Below are positions 1 to 12,214 of a stretch of DNA of 64,000 nt, piece by piece. Position numbers and translations under genes: made by a program. How positions within the stretch are numbered: the first letter of the stretch is position 1; each line of letters opens with the position of its first letter. A model generated the notes under the pieces. The model did not search any database. It saw only the letters and a program-made list of their open reading frames with translations, and had not been told where the DNA came from. Source of the DNA: Octopus sinensis. Lineage: Eukaryota. The DNA lies in assembly GCF_006345805.1 (NCBI RefSeq), contig NW_021831822.1:1-64000 (forward strand). The letters run 5' to 3'.

Positions 1-46
<46 letters not shown>

Positions 47-61
47 GTATAAATATATATA

Positions 62-267
62 TAACGGGAAGCTTTACGAAAATAAACAAAAGACGAAGGC
101 AGGTGGAGTACAAACAAACAATTGTATTAGTATGGCGCTCAGGAATATAAATAAAACAAGTCTTTTACGTTTCGAGCCTACGCTCTTCAACAGAAGCTAC
201 AGAAAAGAAACACAGAGAGAGAAACAAGGAAGGAAAAAAATGCGTGCAGAAGCTAGCGAATCAACAT

Positions 268-270
<3 letters not shown>
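62..270 (-). mobile_element. Short non-coding repeat with a hammerhead-like motif (162-196); probable Penelope-like terminal fragment
   Basis: Minus strand reads CTGTTGA-A-GAGC-gtag-GCTC-GAAA-CGT-A. It shares cgctcagg and acgtttcgagc...gctcttc with the repeat at 19020-19210 and is embedded in (TA)n. Confidence 0.5.
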
Positions 271-340
<70 letters not shown>

Positions 341-342
<2 letters not shown>

Positions 343-637
343 TATAAGAAAAACGATTTTATTCACAGAAATATGCAACCGAAGAGTTTAAAGTACCAGT
401 AATGATAAAGCTGTTGACTGGGAGAACACAGACATGGTTTAAATAGTAAGCTTGGCACGTTCCCACGGCTTTATCGATCGCTTTCTCACCTGGGATCGAT
501 TTTTGTATTTTTCTAAGACTTATACACACCCTGATACCGTCGGTATCTACATATAAAATTTGAGCGCAATCGGATGGAGGGTGCCCGAGATCTTAGAAGA
601 CACACAGACAGACAGAACGATTTTATATAATAGAAGA
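341..637 (-). mobile_element. Non-autonomous Helitron-like 5' end fragment
   Basis: Minus strand begins A|TCTTCTATTATATAAAATCGTTCTGTCTGTCTGTGTG, the same layout as 22710 (-) and about 19330 (+). No 3' CTAG found, so the left boundary is approximate. Confidence 0.5.
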
Positions 638-720
638 TATATATATCTATATCTATATATATATACGTATTATGTATACTTGACAACTGGTGTTTATATG
701 ATTTTTGATTTTTTTTTTCC

Positions 721-848
721 AGTTTCAGCTAATGAGCTGTGGCCATGCTGGGGCACCCTTAACTTAGCGCTTCGGCAAAAGAGACCGATAGAGTAAAGTC
801 CTGGGGTCGATTTACTCAACTAAAACCCTTCAAGGCTCCAGCATGGCC
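721..848. mobile_element. Rearranged tail fragments of SINE family A
   Basis: Contains a tail in - orientation (721-757, rc ggtgccccagcatggccacagctcattagctgaaact) followed by a deleted + orientation tail (cggcaaaagagaccgatag...ccagcatggcc). Confidence 0.65.
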
Positions 849-1090
849 AAATATATACTTTTATTCTTTTAATAGTTTCAGTTGACTGCGACTATACGTA
901 AATAGATTTTTTATTTGAACACAACACTATATTCCACATTACCTTAGACTGTAGTGTTTCTTGTCGGTGGTTGGGAAATTCCCAGGGAACATGGAGATTG
1001 TCGTCTCGGAAGCGAACGCTGGCGTCTCCTTCACATCGTCTCTACTGTATCCGTGTATGCGTATCTGAGTATTATATTCAATACAATATC

Positions 1091-1504
1091 TATTTCTTTA
1101 TTGCCCACAAGGGGCTAAACATAGAGGGGACAAACAAGGACAGACAAAGGAATTAAGTCGATTAGATCGACTCCAGTGCGTAACTGGTACTTATTTAATC
1201 GACCCCGAAAGGATGAAAGGCAAAGTCGACCTCGGCAGAATTTGAACTCAGAACGTAACGGCAGCCGAAATACCTATTTCTTTACTACCCACAAGGGGCT
1301 AAACACAGAGGGACAAACAAGGACGGACAAACGGATTAAGTCGATTATATCGATCCCAGTGCGTAACTGGTACTTATTTAATCGACCCCGAAAGGATGAA
1401 AGGCAAAGTCGACCTCGGCGGAATTTGAACTCGGAACATAACGGCAGCCGAAATACCGCTAAGCATTTCGCCCGGCGCGCTAACGCTTCTGCCAGCTCGC
1501 CGCC
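1091..1504 (-). mobile_element. tRNA-derived SINE family B with a 184-bp 3' duplication and a 14-bp TSD
   Basis: Head ggcggcgagctggcagaagcgttagc at 1504 and B-box-like gagttcaaattcc. TSD TTCAATACAATATC at 1077-1090 and 1507-1520. 1091-1274 repeats 1275-1455. Confidence 0.9.
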
Positions 1505-1856
1505 GTTTCAATACAATATCGGCTCAGGCCATCTGGAGCAACTGTGATGCCACTGCAGCGTGTGCTAGATTATCTGGGAAAGTTCACCTGTGTTGTACGC
1601 TAGCGTTATCGCCAGGGGCTGTTGCATTTCGCTAATTTCCTTCCTCTCTGCCGTTAATTTCGCTCAACATTTTATTCTTGGCACACATTCATTCGACAAA
1701 ACTTATCAATTTCCAAGTACGTGTGTCTATGTATATATACATATATACATCTCTGTCTATATACATGTATATGTGTATATTTACATGTGTATATAGGTGT
1801 GTATGTATATGTGTAGTATGTGTGTGTACATATATATGTATATATATATATACATG

Positions 1857-1934
<78 letters not shown>

Positions 1935-2200
1935 TGTATATATATATATATATATGTATATATATTATACATACATGTGTGTATATATATATATATGTTT
2001 GCATGTGTGTATTTGTATGTATATATATATATGTTTATGTATGCATATATGTAAGTATTGTATGTATGTATATATATGCATATGTATATATATTGTGTAT
2101 GTGTGTGGCGGGCGCACGTTTTATCCTTTTGAAGTTTTAAAACGTTATTTTGTTTCGGAATTGGAAAGCTTTTTGGCAAGTGATCACTGGGAACCAACGC

Positions 2201-2263
<63 letters not shown>

Positions 2264-2592
2264 ATGTACAGCCACATACAAACATACATACACACACATG
2301 CATATATATATATACACCTGATGTATATATAATATGTAGGTGAGGGGAGAGGGGAGAAAGTGGTTGGGCAGTGTGTAGTGATGGTCATGGAATGGAGAGT
2401 GTTCTCGGGATTGTGAAGAGTGGGAGTGGGGAGTGTGGATGATGGTGTGTGGGGTGGGAAGGGGAAAAGGGGAAAGGTGATGGACAGTCTGTAGTGATGG
2501 TCATGGAATGGAGAGTGTTGATGAGAAGGTCAAGGGTTAATTTGCTTCAGTTTGCTCCAGCATGGTCATCTCAGATGTCTATAAGTTATGCC

Positions 2593-3122
2593 TTTTACCT
2601 GTCTTACTTGTTTCGATCATTGGACTGCGGCCATGCTGGGGCACCACTTTGAAGAGTTCACTCGAACAAATTGATCCCAGGTCTTATTTTCCTCTTTTTC
2701 TTCTGTTTTTGTTTTTCTTTTAAAGCCTGGCACTTATTCTGTCGGTCACTTTTGACGAACTGCTAGGTTACGGAATGTAAACCAAGCAACGCCTGTTGTC
2801 AAGTGGTAATGGGATGTACGCACGCGCACACACACACGCGCGTGCATATGTAATCGAGCAGACTATTGCATGCTGTTATACACCACTTGTCACAATGCGC
2901 TTCCTTGCATTGTTGTAGCTTTCGAATGATAGCTAGGCGAACGGGCCAACACACACACACACGCATAACACGCTTCTTCCCGTTTCCGTCTACTAAATCC
3001 AAGGCATTTGTTTGTCCGGGGCTATAGAAGAAAGCACTTGCCGAAGCTGCCATGCAGTGGGACTGAACTCGCAACCATGTGGTTGAGAGGAAAATATATT
3101 GCCACAGAGCCACGCCTGCGCC
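2593..3122 (-). mobile_element. tRNA-derived SINE family A (head, central domain, internal microsatellite, LINE-type tail)
   Basis: Head rc ggcgcaggcgtggctctgtgg; tail rc gcatggccgcagtccaatgatcgaaacaagtaag. Homologous to the copies at 26188, 32340, 45262 and 52046. Confidence 0.85.
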
Positions 3123-3197
3123 GACACACACACACGCGCGCACACAAGCGTGTGTGTGTGTGTGTGAGTGCATATATGTATTCGCATATCTCTATAG

Positions 3198-3235
<38 letters not shown>

Positions 3236-3417
3236 AGAAAAATTTTTTTTTTAAATGCAGAATGCTCAAATGAAAGAAAATTTTAATAAAATGAGAAATT
3301 GATAAAATATTTCTCATTTTATTTAAATTTTCTTTCATTTGAGCATTCTGCATTTTAAAAAAAATGTTTTACTTATCATTTCTCCACGTGCGGTCAACAC
3401 AACCCCACCATTTATTG

Positions 3418-3496
<79 letters not shown>

Positions 3497-3578
3497 ATAA
3501 CTTGATATGTAAACATTTGATATTATATATATATATATATATATATTTACTTATATGTAACATTTGTATATTTATTTA

Positions 3579-3633
<55 letters not shown>

Positions 3634-3986
3634 TTGATATGTAAACATTTGTATATTTATATATATATACACTCGCTTATGTATGTATGTATATACATCC
3701 GTTCACACGTGAATTTACATATATATTTCTATATATGTGTATATCTATGTGTGTGTGTATATATATATATATAGGCATAGACATAGGTGTGTGGTAAGAA
3801 GCTTGGTTCCAACCACATGGTTTTGGGTTCAATCCCACTGCATGATACCTTGGGCAAGTGTCGTCTGTTATAGCCTCGGGCCGACCAAGCCTTGTTTGTG
3901 GATTTGGTAAACGGAAACTGAACAAAAGCCCATAATATGTGTGTATATATATATATGTATGCATGTATATATACATATTATATCTA

Positions 3987-4036
<50 letters not shown>

Positions 4037-4410
4037 ATATATATATGTTATATATATATTATATACATACATACATATATATACATATATATACATACAT
4101 ATTATATATATAAAACAGTACTTGGAGAATAAGAACGGAACGAAACGAACGAATCGAATCGAATCGACGCGAGGGCGCTGTCATACAATAGTGTAATAAA
4201 TAAAATATATGCATACATACATATATGTACGTACCTACATCTACATGTATATATATACATGCATATATAAATATATACACGTGAGTACAGGACACCACAA
4301 CTAGACGTAGAACTCAACGAGAAAGAAAACGAACGGAAAAACAAGCATGGAACAAACCATTTTTTTACAACAGAAAAACAGAGTACAAGACAAACTACAC
4401 AAGGAAAAAT

Positions 4411-4470
4411 CCCCTTCATCAGCTGTCCCTAGTTCAACTCTAGCGTGTTTCGAAGGTAGGACAGAACACG
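4411..4470 (-). ncRNA. Non-circularly permuted hammerhead-like ribozyme candidate, copy 1
   Basis: Exact reverse complement of 4653-4712. Confidence 0.6.
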
Positions 4471-4652
4471 ACTCGTCAAACTAGCCCTTCTTGCGAGAGA
4501 ATTAAAATAAAATTACTTCGCAGAGGGGTAAAAACAAAGAAAGAAAAAAAATGTAACACAAACAGGACGTAACAACGATACAAATAACAATACAAAATAA
4601 AATACAAGATAAAAATACATGTACACTCGCAGGAAGGGCTAGTATGACGAGT

Positions 4653-4712
4653 CGTGTTCTGTCCTACCTTCGAAACACGCTAGAGTTGAACTAGGGACAG
4701 CTGATGAAGGGG
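4653..4712 (+). ncRNA. Non-circularly permuted hammerhead-like ribozyme candidate, copy 2
   Basis: Stem III CGTGT(4653-57)/ACACG(4675-79); H17 T4658; stem I CTGTCCT(4659-65)/GGGACAG(4694-4700); core CTGATGA 4701-07 and GAAA 4672-75; weak stem II between CCTTC(4667-71) and AGGGG(4708-12). Confidence 0.6.
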
Positions 4713-4932
4713 ATTTTTCCTTGTGTAGTTTGTCTTGTACTCTGTTTTTCTGTTGTAAAAAAATGGTTTGTTCCATGCTTGTTTTTCCGTTTTCGTTTCT
4801 CGTTGAGTTCTACGTCTAGTTGTGGTGTCCTGTACTCACGTATATATATTTATATATGCATGTATATATACATGTAGATGTAGGTACGTACATATATGTA
4901 TGTATGTATGCATATATTTTATTTATTACATC

Positions 4933-4984
<52 letters not shown>

Positions 4985-5042
4985 ATGCATGTATATATAT
5001 ATATATATACATACATACATATATATATGTATGTATGTATAT

Positions 5043-5089
<47 letters not shown>

Positions 5090-5378
5090 ATATATGTGTG
5101 GTGTGTATGTATATGTTTGTGTGTCTGTATTTGTCCCCTACCTCCATTGCTTGACAACCGATGTTGGTGTGTTTACGTCCCCGTAACCTAACGGCTCAAC
5201 AAAACAGACTGCTAGAATAAGTAGTAGGCTTACAAAGAATAAGTCCCGGGGTCCGATTTGTTTGACTAAAAGCAGTACTCCGGCATGGCCGCAGTCAAAT
5301 GAAATGAGTGAAACAAGTAAAAGAGAATATGTGTATATATGTGTGCATACACATGTTGCTATGCATGTCCATATGTGT

Positions 5379-5412
<34 letters not shown>

Positions 5413-5899
5413 TACACACACACACTATTATCGATGTCCCTAGAGTATAGAACTGAAATCAATATTAGTTAACATGTACATTGATGTAAAATATATTAAG
5501 AATACATGAAACGATTTGAGAGGGTGGAATGGAAGGGAGGGAGACGACTGGGAAAGGGACAATAACTCACACACACACACGCACACACACACACGCACAC
5601 GCACGCACACACACACACACACGCACACACGCACACGCACATGCACACACACACACACACGCACCCCCCCACACACGCGCACACACACACACGCACACAT
5701 ATGCACACACACACGCACACACATGCACACACACACACGCACACACGCACACGCACACACACGCACACACATGCATACACACACGCACACACATGCACAC
5801 ACGCACACACACACATACGCATACACACACACACACACACACACCACACACATGCACACACACACGCACACACATGCACACACACGCACACATACACGC

Positions 5900-5931
<32 letters not shown>

Positions 5932-5959
5932 ACACACACACACACGCACACACATTCAA

Positions 5960-8900
5960 ACTGGTGTCCTTAACCTGGTTTCCATAATAACGACCTTTCA
6001 GCCTTTCTGCCCTCCAGCCTTCTTCAAGAATTATCGTTTATTATACTGTACTGGTGCATAATTATTGCGGCTTTTTTTTCCAACAAATTTTATTCAACCA
6101 AAGCAATAACAATATTTAACAAAAACATCTTTCAATGAAGGTCGTAGCCTCATCGATCTGCTGAAGCCATTCAGACTCGAGAATCCGATCGTTTCAATGT
6201 GGACCTGGAGTAATAACGTCGGATCTCTCAGGTCTTATATAGAGAGGATAATAGTGAATACCAGAGACAGGCCCTCCTTTAGCTGTCCTCAGTTCATTTA
6301 TGTACTCTATACGGATCACAGATTAGTGATGTGTTGGGTACATATAGATACAAGATAAAAATACATGTACACTCGCAGGAAGGGCTAGTTTGGCGAGTCG
6401 TGTTCTGTCCTACCTTCGAAACACGCTAGAGTTGAACTAGGGACAGCTGATGAAGGGGATTTTTCCTTGTGTAGTTTGTCTTGTACTCTGTACATAGACA
6501 TTGATCGGGTAACTGGAAGTTGAACAAGACCCTATTGGCTTGCGAAACATACCGTGACCAGATTAAGGAGTTTATCATGAAGGGCACTCACCGGCACCAT
6601 GTTGAATAACCGGTGGTGGGTTGCCCTCAAAAGAGCCATTCGACTTCAGTCTATTAGATTTAGAAAAAAGTTAAGTCTAGAGGAGGCTAGAGTAGAAGGG
6701 TCTCTAGTTAAGCCATAATAGAGTGGGTTCTGCACCCCAAGTTTTGGCGGCGAGATCAGCCTTGAACCGACACCTCAATGCCAAACACGAAGGTTGCAGG
6801 GGTCCGGACTAAAGTACGAGCACTGTATCGCGAGGGTATCAACGTTGCCGGGTGGGCTCGCTCGTGGCGCAGATGCTACGATAATGTCTTGGTAAATGAA
6901 CAAGGACAGATTGACGGACAAGAAGAGATGTGCAAGGCCTTTCGGGGGTAAGCGGGACGCTGGACCATGGGGGATACCCTTCGGGATTTCCTGGTCGGCG
7001 GCCCGTGTCTTTCGGCACGTGAGGCGGAGCACTATGAAGAGCCGATCACAGATGCGGAGGTCATAGAGGTGATTTCCGAGTGCCCCAGGGTCAAATCACC
7101 GGGACTGGATCGTCTTCCTTACGAATTTTATAAGAGTATGCCAGACTTGTTCGGGAACATACTGGCCGGTGTATACGTGAACTGGCAGCAAAACGGGAGA
7201 ATTCCCAAATCTGTGAGGCGGGGAGTAGTGACATTGATCAGGAAGGACCCGAGCAAGGGGAATGAAAATAACTTTAGGCCTATAACTCTGCTAAACACAG
7301 AGTTAAAGATTTTGGACAAGGTGTTAGCCAAGAGAGTGAAGCTTGTCGTGGGCGACCTGGTGAGAGAGGCACAGACATGTGCCATCCCAGGTAGGACAAT
7401 ACACGACAACCTTCACCTCAAACGCTACACTGTAGCGCGAGTGGATAAAGTTTCTGGCAAAAGGGAGGACACTGGTGAATTTAGACCAGTCTAAGGCATT
7501 CGATAGGGTTAACCATCGGTATCTGGCGGCGGTCAGATTGAGCCCGACTTTCCGTGGATGGGTCAATGCTACGTACAGCAACATCGATTCAATCGTCCGG
7601 GTGAACGGTGTCTTCTGGAAGCCGTTCGCTATCAAGCGTTCAGTTCGCCAGGGCTGCCCCCTGTCTCCGCTTCTGTATGCATTGGCTCTTGAGCCACAGC
7701 TGCAGAGGTCGGAGGCCACAATGGGGAGGGGAAGACCCGCGTGATCTATGTCACGATAGGAGAGCGACGGCATATGCGGATGGTGCCACCATCATCGTGT
7801 CTGATGAAGGGCAGCTACCTCATGTAGAAAACACCATAAAAAGATACGAAGTGATGGCAGGGGCAAAAATTAACCAGGAAAAATCCGTCGGCTTGCAACT
7901 CGGCACGTGAAGGAGCAAGTCGATCCCTCCCAACAGCGTCGTGGGACGCTGGACGGAGGGCCCGGTTAAACTGCTCGGGGTCTGGTTTGGGCCAGATCTC
8001 CAGATGGAAAAAAACTGGAGCGAGGTCACAGGCAAGATGACGGCCATGACCCAGGCTTGGTCTGGGAGGTCACTATCCTTGCTAGGGAAGGCCGAGGTTA
8101 CACAGATGTTTATAGCATCTGTGATAACCTAGCGCCTTGCCCCGGTGTGTGGATGACCAAGCTAGAACGGATCCTTTTCCAGTTTTTGTGGAATAGGAAA
8201 CCACCACTTGTGAGGCGCTCCATCTGCTGCCAGAAACCGTTAAAGGGTGGGTTTGGGATGCCTTGGCTGATGATGCGCATGTAGAGCACATGTCCGACGA
8301 CGTCCTGGGGGAGAATTTAGGCTTCGATGAGGAACAGCTTGTCAACTTGTTCGGAAGAACATTCGGGCCGAGGTATCTGGACAACTTCCAGAAATCCCTG
8401 GCGCCTGGTTGTGCTACCGATCGGCCTTGCCAGTCCGACAGAGGTTGTCAAGGGATGGTGCTGGTACCTCACCCACATGCCCAAGGTGTGGGCATGTCAG
8501 TGAAACTGTCACGCACTCCTTCATACATTGTGAGGAACTAAGGGGACTGATAACCTATGACGAAATCGACGGTTATCGACTGAGTCTATCATCAAGATTG
8601 TGTCGTCTGCCTCCTTTAACAAGGAAAAGGAGGCGTCATTTTTCTGCGTAGTCGCCGTATTGAAAGAGACAGAATGGGTGAGGCGTAGAAGAGGAATCGA
8701 GACAGACAACTTTATCTCCGGACACGGGTCGTTTAGTATTTTTAACTACTACCTATCCAGAAAGATCAGTCTGGAGAAAAGGGGCCTGCCTCGAAGAACG
8801 CTTGAGAATAGATGGACAAATGTCGTAAGGAAGTTGAGAGTGAATGGGGCCGCGCTAGTGTAGCCGGTCTGAACGGAAATGAAGGGGGGAAAACAGAAGA

Positions 8901-9112
8901 AAAAACAACAAAAAGGTATTATAAAAAATGAAAAAGACCGGCGGGTCGAACACGAACCCGGAAAATATATCATCGTTTAATTTATAAATTCATTTCGATT
9001 TTTAGACGAAAAAACTAATGTATAACCCCAGCCCCTAAATGTTTTTTGTTTTGTCTTTATGCTGTCCCCTCTGTGTCATGGTCTGTGTACCAAATAAAAG
9101 AAATTAGTGAGT
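5960..9112 (+). mobile_element. Decayed L1/Tx1-clade non-LTR retrotransposon (RT and C-terminal Zn finger; frameshifts and stops)
   Basis: Peptides SPGLDRLPYEFYK, NFRPITLLNTELKILDKVLAKR, NLDQSKAFDRVNH, SVRQGCPLSPLLYALALEP, AYADG and CPRCGHVSETVTHSFIHC. The 3' UTR ends near aataaaag at 9094. The 5' boundary is approximate. Confidence 0.9.
6351..6490 (+). mobile_element. Third, truncated copy of the same repeat (permuted hammerhead at 6399-6458), inserted in the 5' part of a Tx1-like LINE
   Basis: caagataaaaatacatgtacactcgcagg...gtactctg matches about 4605-4744. The 60-nt core is identical in all three copies. Confidence 0.85.
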
Positions 9113-9979
9113 GAAAATCCGGGTTAGAGAGAGCGACCATCAGTTAGTGAACGGACCACTAGAATCATGGCCACAAGCAGGCAGCCACAAGCAGGCAGCC
9201 ACAAGCAGGCAAACGGCCGGAGGGGAGAAGACAGTTACAATCAGTGACTTCCCTCGACTCTCTCACTATCATTAGCTCAGCTCACTTTCTACTTAGAACG
9301 TTTCCCCATCTCTGTTTGTAATTACTACTACACAATGACGAGAATACAAACACAAACTATACAAGGAAAATCTACGACAGCTATCTTTACTTGGCGTGTT
9401 TTCGATTTTATCACCTGCCCGTCGAGGCAAGGTATTTTACAATGTAACGGTGAAATAAATAATTCCTTAAAACTTCATGCATTCTTCAGTTTTCACATCT
9501 TACAACAATGCCATTACATTTAAATTCCAACCGTACAAATTCATAAACCTCTACCGCCACCCCGACATTGCTCAATTACATCCATTCTACTGAGTATCAA
9601 CCATCGTTTATCGTATTATTGTGTACCAAATTATTTCCAACCGTTGTAAAAAAAATTAATCCTCAACCGTTACAAATTGGTGACCCCACCGTTACAGGAT
9701 TAGAAGTAGAAATGAAGAGCTTTAAGCTTAACCGTTTTCTCATTGCCTTTCATTCTCTATGCCCTGACTATTGTTATACTAAACTTGGTGAGTATTTAAG
9801 CAATGCGTTCGTGGGTTGTGAATTGTTGGATGTGGTGTTGATGAAGGCGGAATAACTCTCTGAAACATGTCTAGACATCCATTGCCGATTTTATCTCTCT
9901 TGCATTGTTTATATCGGTGTATTCGTATATGAAACGTCACAACTTTCGGTGTTGTCTCGCATTTCTACAGAAAATCTAT

Positions 9980-10359
9980 CTAGAGCACTCCGTCGGTTAC
10001 GACGACGAGGGTTCCGGTTGATCCGAATCAACGGAACAGCCTGCTCGTGAAATTAACGTGTAAGTGGCTGAGCACTCCACAGACACGTGTACCCTTAACG
10101 TAGTTCTCGGGGGATATTCAGCGTGACACAGAGAGTGACGAGGCTGGCCCTTTGAAATACAGGTACAACAGAAACAGGATGTAAGAGACAGGATGTGGTG
10201 AAAGAGTACAGCAGGGATCGCCACCACCCCCTGCCGGAGCCTCGTGGAGCTTTAGATGTTTTCGCTCAATAAACACTCACAACGCCCGGTCTGGGAATCG
10301 AAACCGCGATCCTACGACCGCGAGTCCGCTGCTCTAACCACTGGGCCATTGCGCCTCCG
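9980..10359 (-). mobile_element. tRNA-derived SINE (Arg-like head) with an 11-bp TSD
   Basis: Head rc GGAGGCGCAATGGCCCAGTGGTTAGAGCAGCGGACTCGCGG...GGTTTCGATTCCC with A and B boxes. TSD AGAAAATCTAT at 9969-9979 and 10360-10370. 3' hairpin gttccg-ttgat-tcgg-atcaa-c-cggaac. Confidence 0.9.
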
Positions 10360-10949
10360 AGAAAATCTATAGACATAAACTAAAATGTATAACTGTTGCA
10401 TCTATACCAAAGGTTCACATACGGCCATCATTTCTAGAAGAAGTTATCAAAGACCAGTTATCTTCACCGATTCTTTCAGTTCGTCTCATCTTCCAGTGTT
10501 CTTCCCTTCATCTGTTATCATATCTCTGATCCGCAGACATTGTTGCCTCACTCTTACTCTTCAAAATGATCAGGCCTGTCTGTTTTTTCTATCCCTCCTC
10601 CGATTTATGACATCCCTCTAATCTTACTTTTAGGAGAAATAAGAAAAAAAGGTTAAATAAGATAGGGAGGGTAACCTTTCCTTCCAGTGATAACAGTGAC
10701 GGGAGAAAGAGGCAGATATAAAGAGCAAAACCAAATGAACAAAAGATTCTTTGCGCTCTCACCTCACGCCTCCCAGATCACTGCTGCCTGTACCGGCATC
10801 AGATGAAGACTGCAACATATTTTTCGAACAGATCCCTCTACTAAAGACTCGAACAGGTCCCTTGTTAACTTGCGTGACGGACAATGCAGTATAGTTATAT
10901 CTTCGAACCCTTTTCATATTGTGGTTTGTGGTGGTCTTGTTTGCGCTTG

Positions 10950-11340
10950 TCGCCAAATTGGTCCAGCAATATGGGGATTCTCCGAAGGATCTCCGAAGGT
11001 ATGCTCCTCGGAAATCAGTGATTTTTCTCCAAGCTGAGTCGCTACTTCCCCGCTTTGGGATATCACAGCACCGGCATACAGACAGGGAAGAATTGCTAGA
11101 CAGATTCTTGAAGCCATGTCAGTCGGCAGGAGGCCTAGGGTTAGACTGCAAACGAGATGGTTGGATAATATCCATAGCCACACTTCGTAATGCATGGGAA
11201 TCTATCCAGAAAATCTAAGGAAGGTTGCTTCTGATTGGACCCTATGGAGAAGGCACATGAGGATTCTATCCTACGACCCTCCGAGGAATAATGGATGAAG
11301 ATAGCTAGATGGAATTGAATAAATAAACGGGATGAATGAT
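10950..11340 (+). mobile_element. RTE-clade LINE 3' fragment, decayed
   Basis: Frames give MGILRRIS, RIARQILEAMSVGRRPRVRLQTRWLDNI and LRKVASDWTLWRR, resembling the RTE C-terminal GRPxxRWxD...DRxxWR signature. Confidence 0.65.
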
Positions 11341-11781
11341 AGAAGACATTTTGTAAGAGCAGATATAAAACGGTCTGCGTCAAAATATGATTCTAGTTCA
11401 ATGAAGGTGCTGTTTCACAGTTGCGCAGCAGGTGCAGCACAATGCATCTGCATTTCCCGATTATCTCTGATCTAGTGTTTACGTGGAAGACTTGATTAGG
11501 AAGATTTTCAAGATTTCTTCTTTGCTTGCCAGGCACAAATCACACATTTTACGTGCAATTAATCAACAACTCTATACATTGAGTACTAAAGAGGTTTTGA
11601 AAATTTGATATTATTTATCAAGCCTGAAACCACACGCGCGCGCACATACGAAGACAAATACACACACACACACACACACACACGAAATACTGTAATTGAA
11701 TTCCATCAATAATTAACACAACACTGCCTTGTATAATAGGTTTTGTATTTCCATCACAGTATGGTTACTTTGGTGATATAT

Positions 11782-11807
11782 TCTTCTTCTTCTTCTTCTT
11801 CTTCTTC

Positions 11808-11871
<64 letters not shown>

Positions 11872-12048
11872 ACTTGCAGTTAGAAATCATCATCTCTATT
11901 ACAACCACCACCACTACCACCACCACTACCACCACCCCACCACCACTACCACCACCACTACCACCACCACCACCATCACCACCACCACCATCACCACCAC
12001 CACCACTACCACCACCACCACTACCACCACCACCACCACCACCACTAC
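11782..12048. repeat. (TTC)n-(ATT)n followed by (ACC)n microsatellites
   Basis: Directly visible. Confidence 0.95.
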
Positions 12049-12214
12049 TAAACTGTTTTACGATATTCCTATAACTGTTTCTTAGTAATTTACCGTCTAA
12101 TCAAGTTTTAATTTTCATTTGGACAATTAAATATTAATTAAATCGCCGACACCACCAACATTAGCATTAATGCCACCATAACTACTACGAAACACAGCGA
12201 CAATGACGGTGGCC

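Larger units (their letters stand above)
4112..4928. mobile_element. Head-to-head inverted repeat (arms about 4194-4496 and 4626-4928), non-coding, probably Penelope-like-derived
   Basis: The arms are near-perfect reverse complements around a spacer of about 130 bp. The left arm extends further out, to about 4112. Each arm carries the permuted hammerhead-like motif. Confidence 0.85.
3775..5325 (+). mobile_element. SINE family A copy whose internal microsatellite hosts an inverted-repeat element
   Basis: Head and central domain at 3775-3935 (gtgtggtaagaagcttg...ttgggcaagtg); tail at 5110-5325 (gcttgacaaccgatg...gaaacaagtaaaagag). Confidence 0.85.

Noticed and set aside
948-1635. Open frame of about 85 codons after an AG, restored by removing the SINE B insertion; considered as the missing first TARP exon
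   Set aside because: It has no GLW or TM1 similarity, ends in a stop, and has no start codon or in-frame donor compatible with the 37871 exon; probably chance.
10280-10358. tRNA-Arg gene
   Set aside because: The acceptor stem does not close, and it continues into a SINE body flanked by a TSD. The same applies to the other tRNA-like heads.
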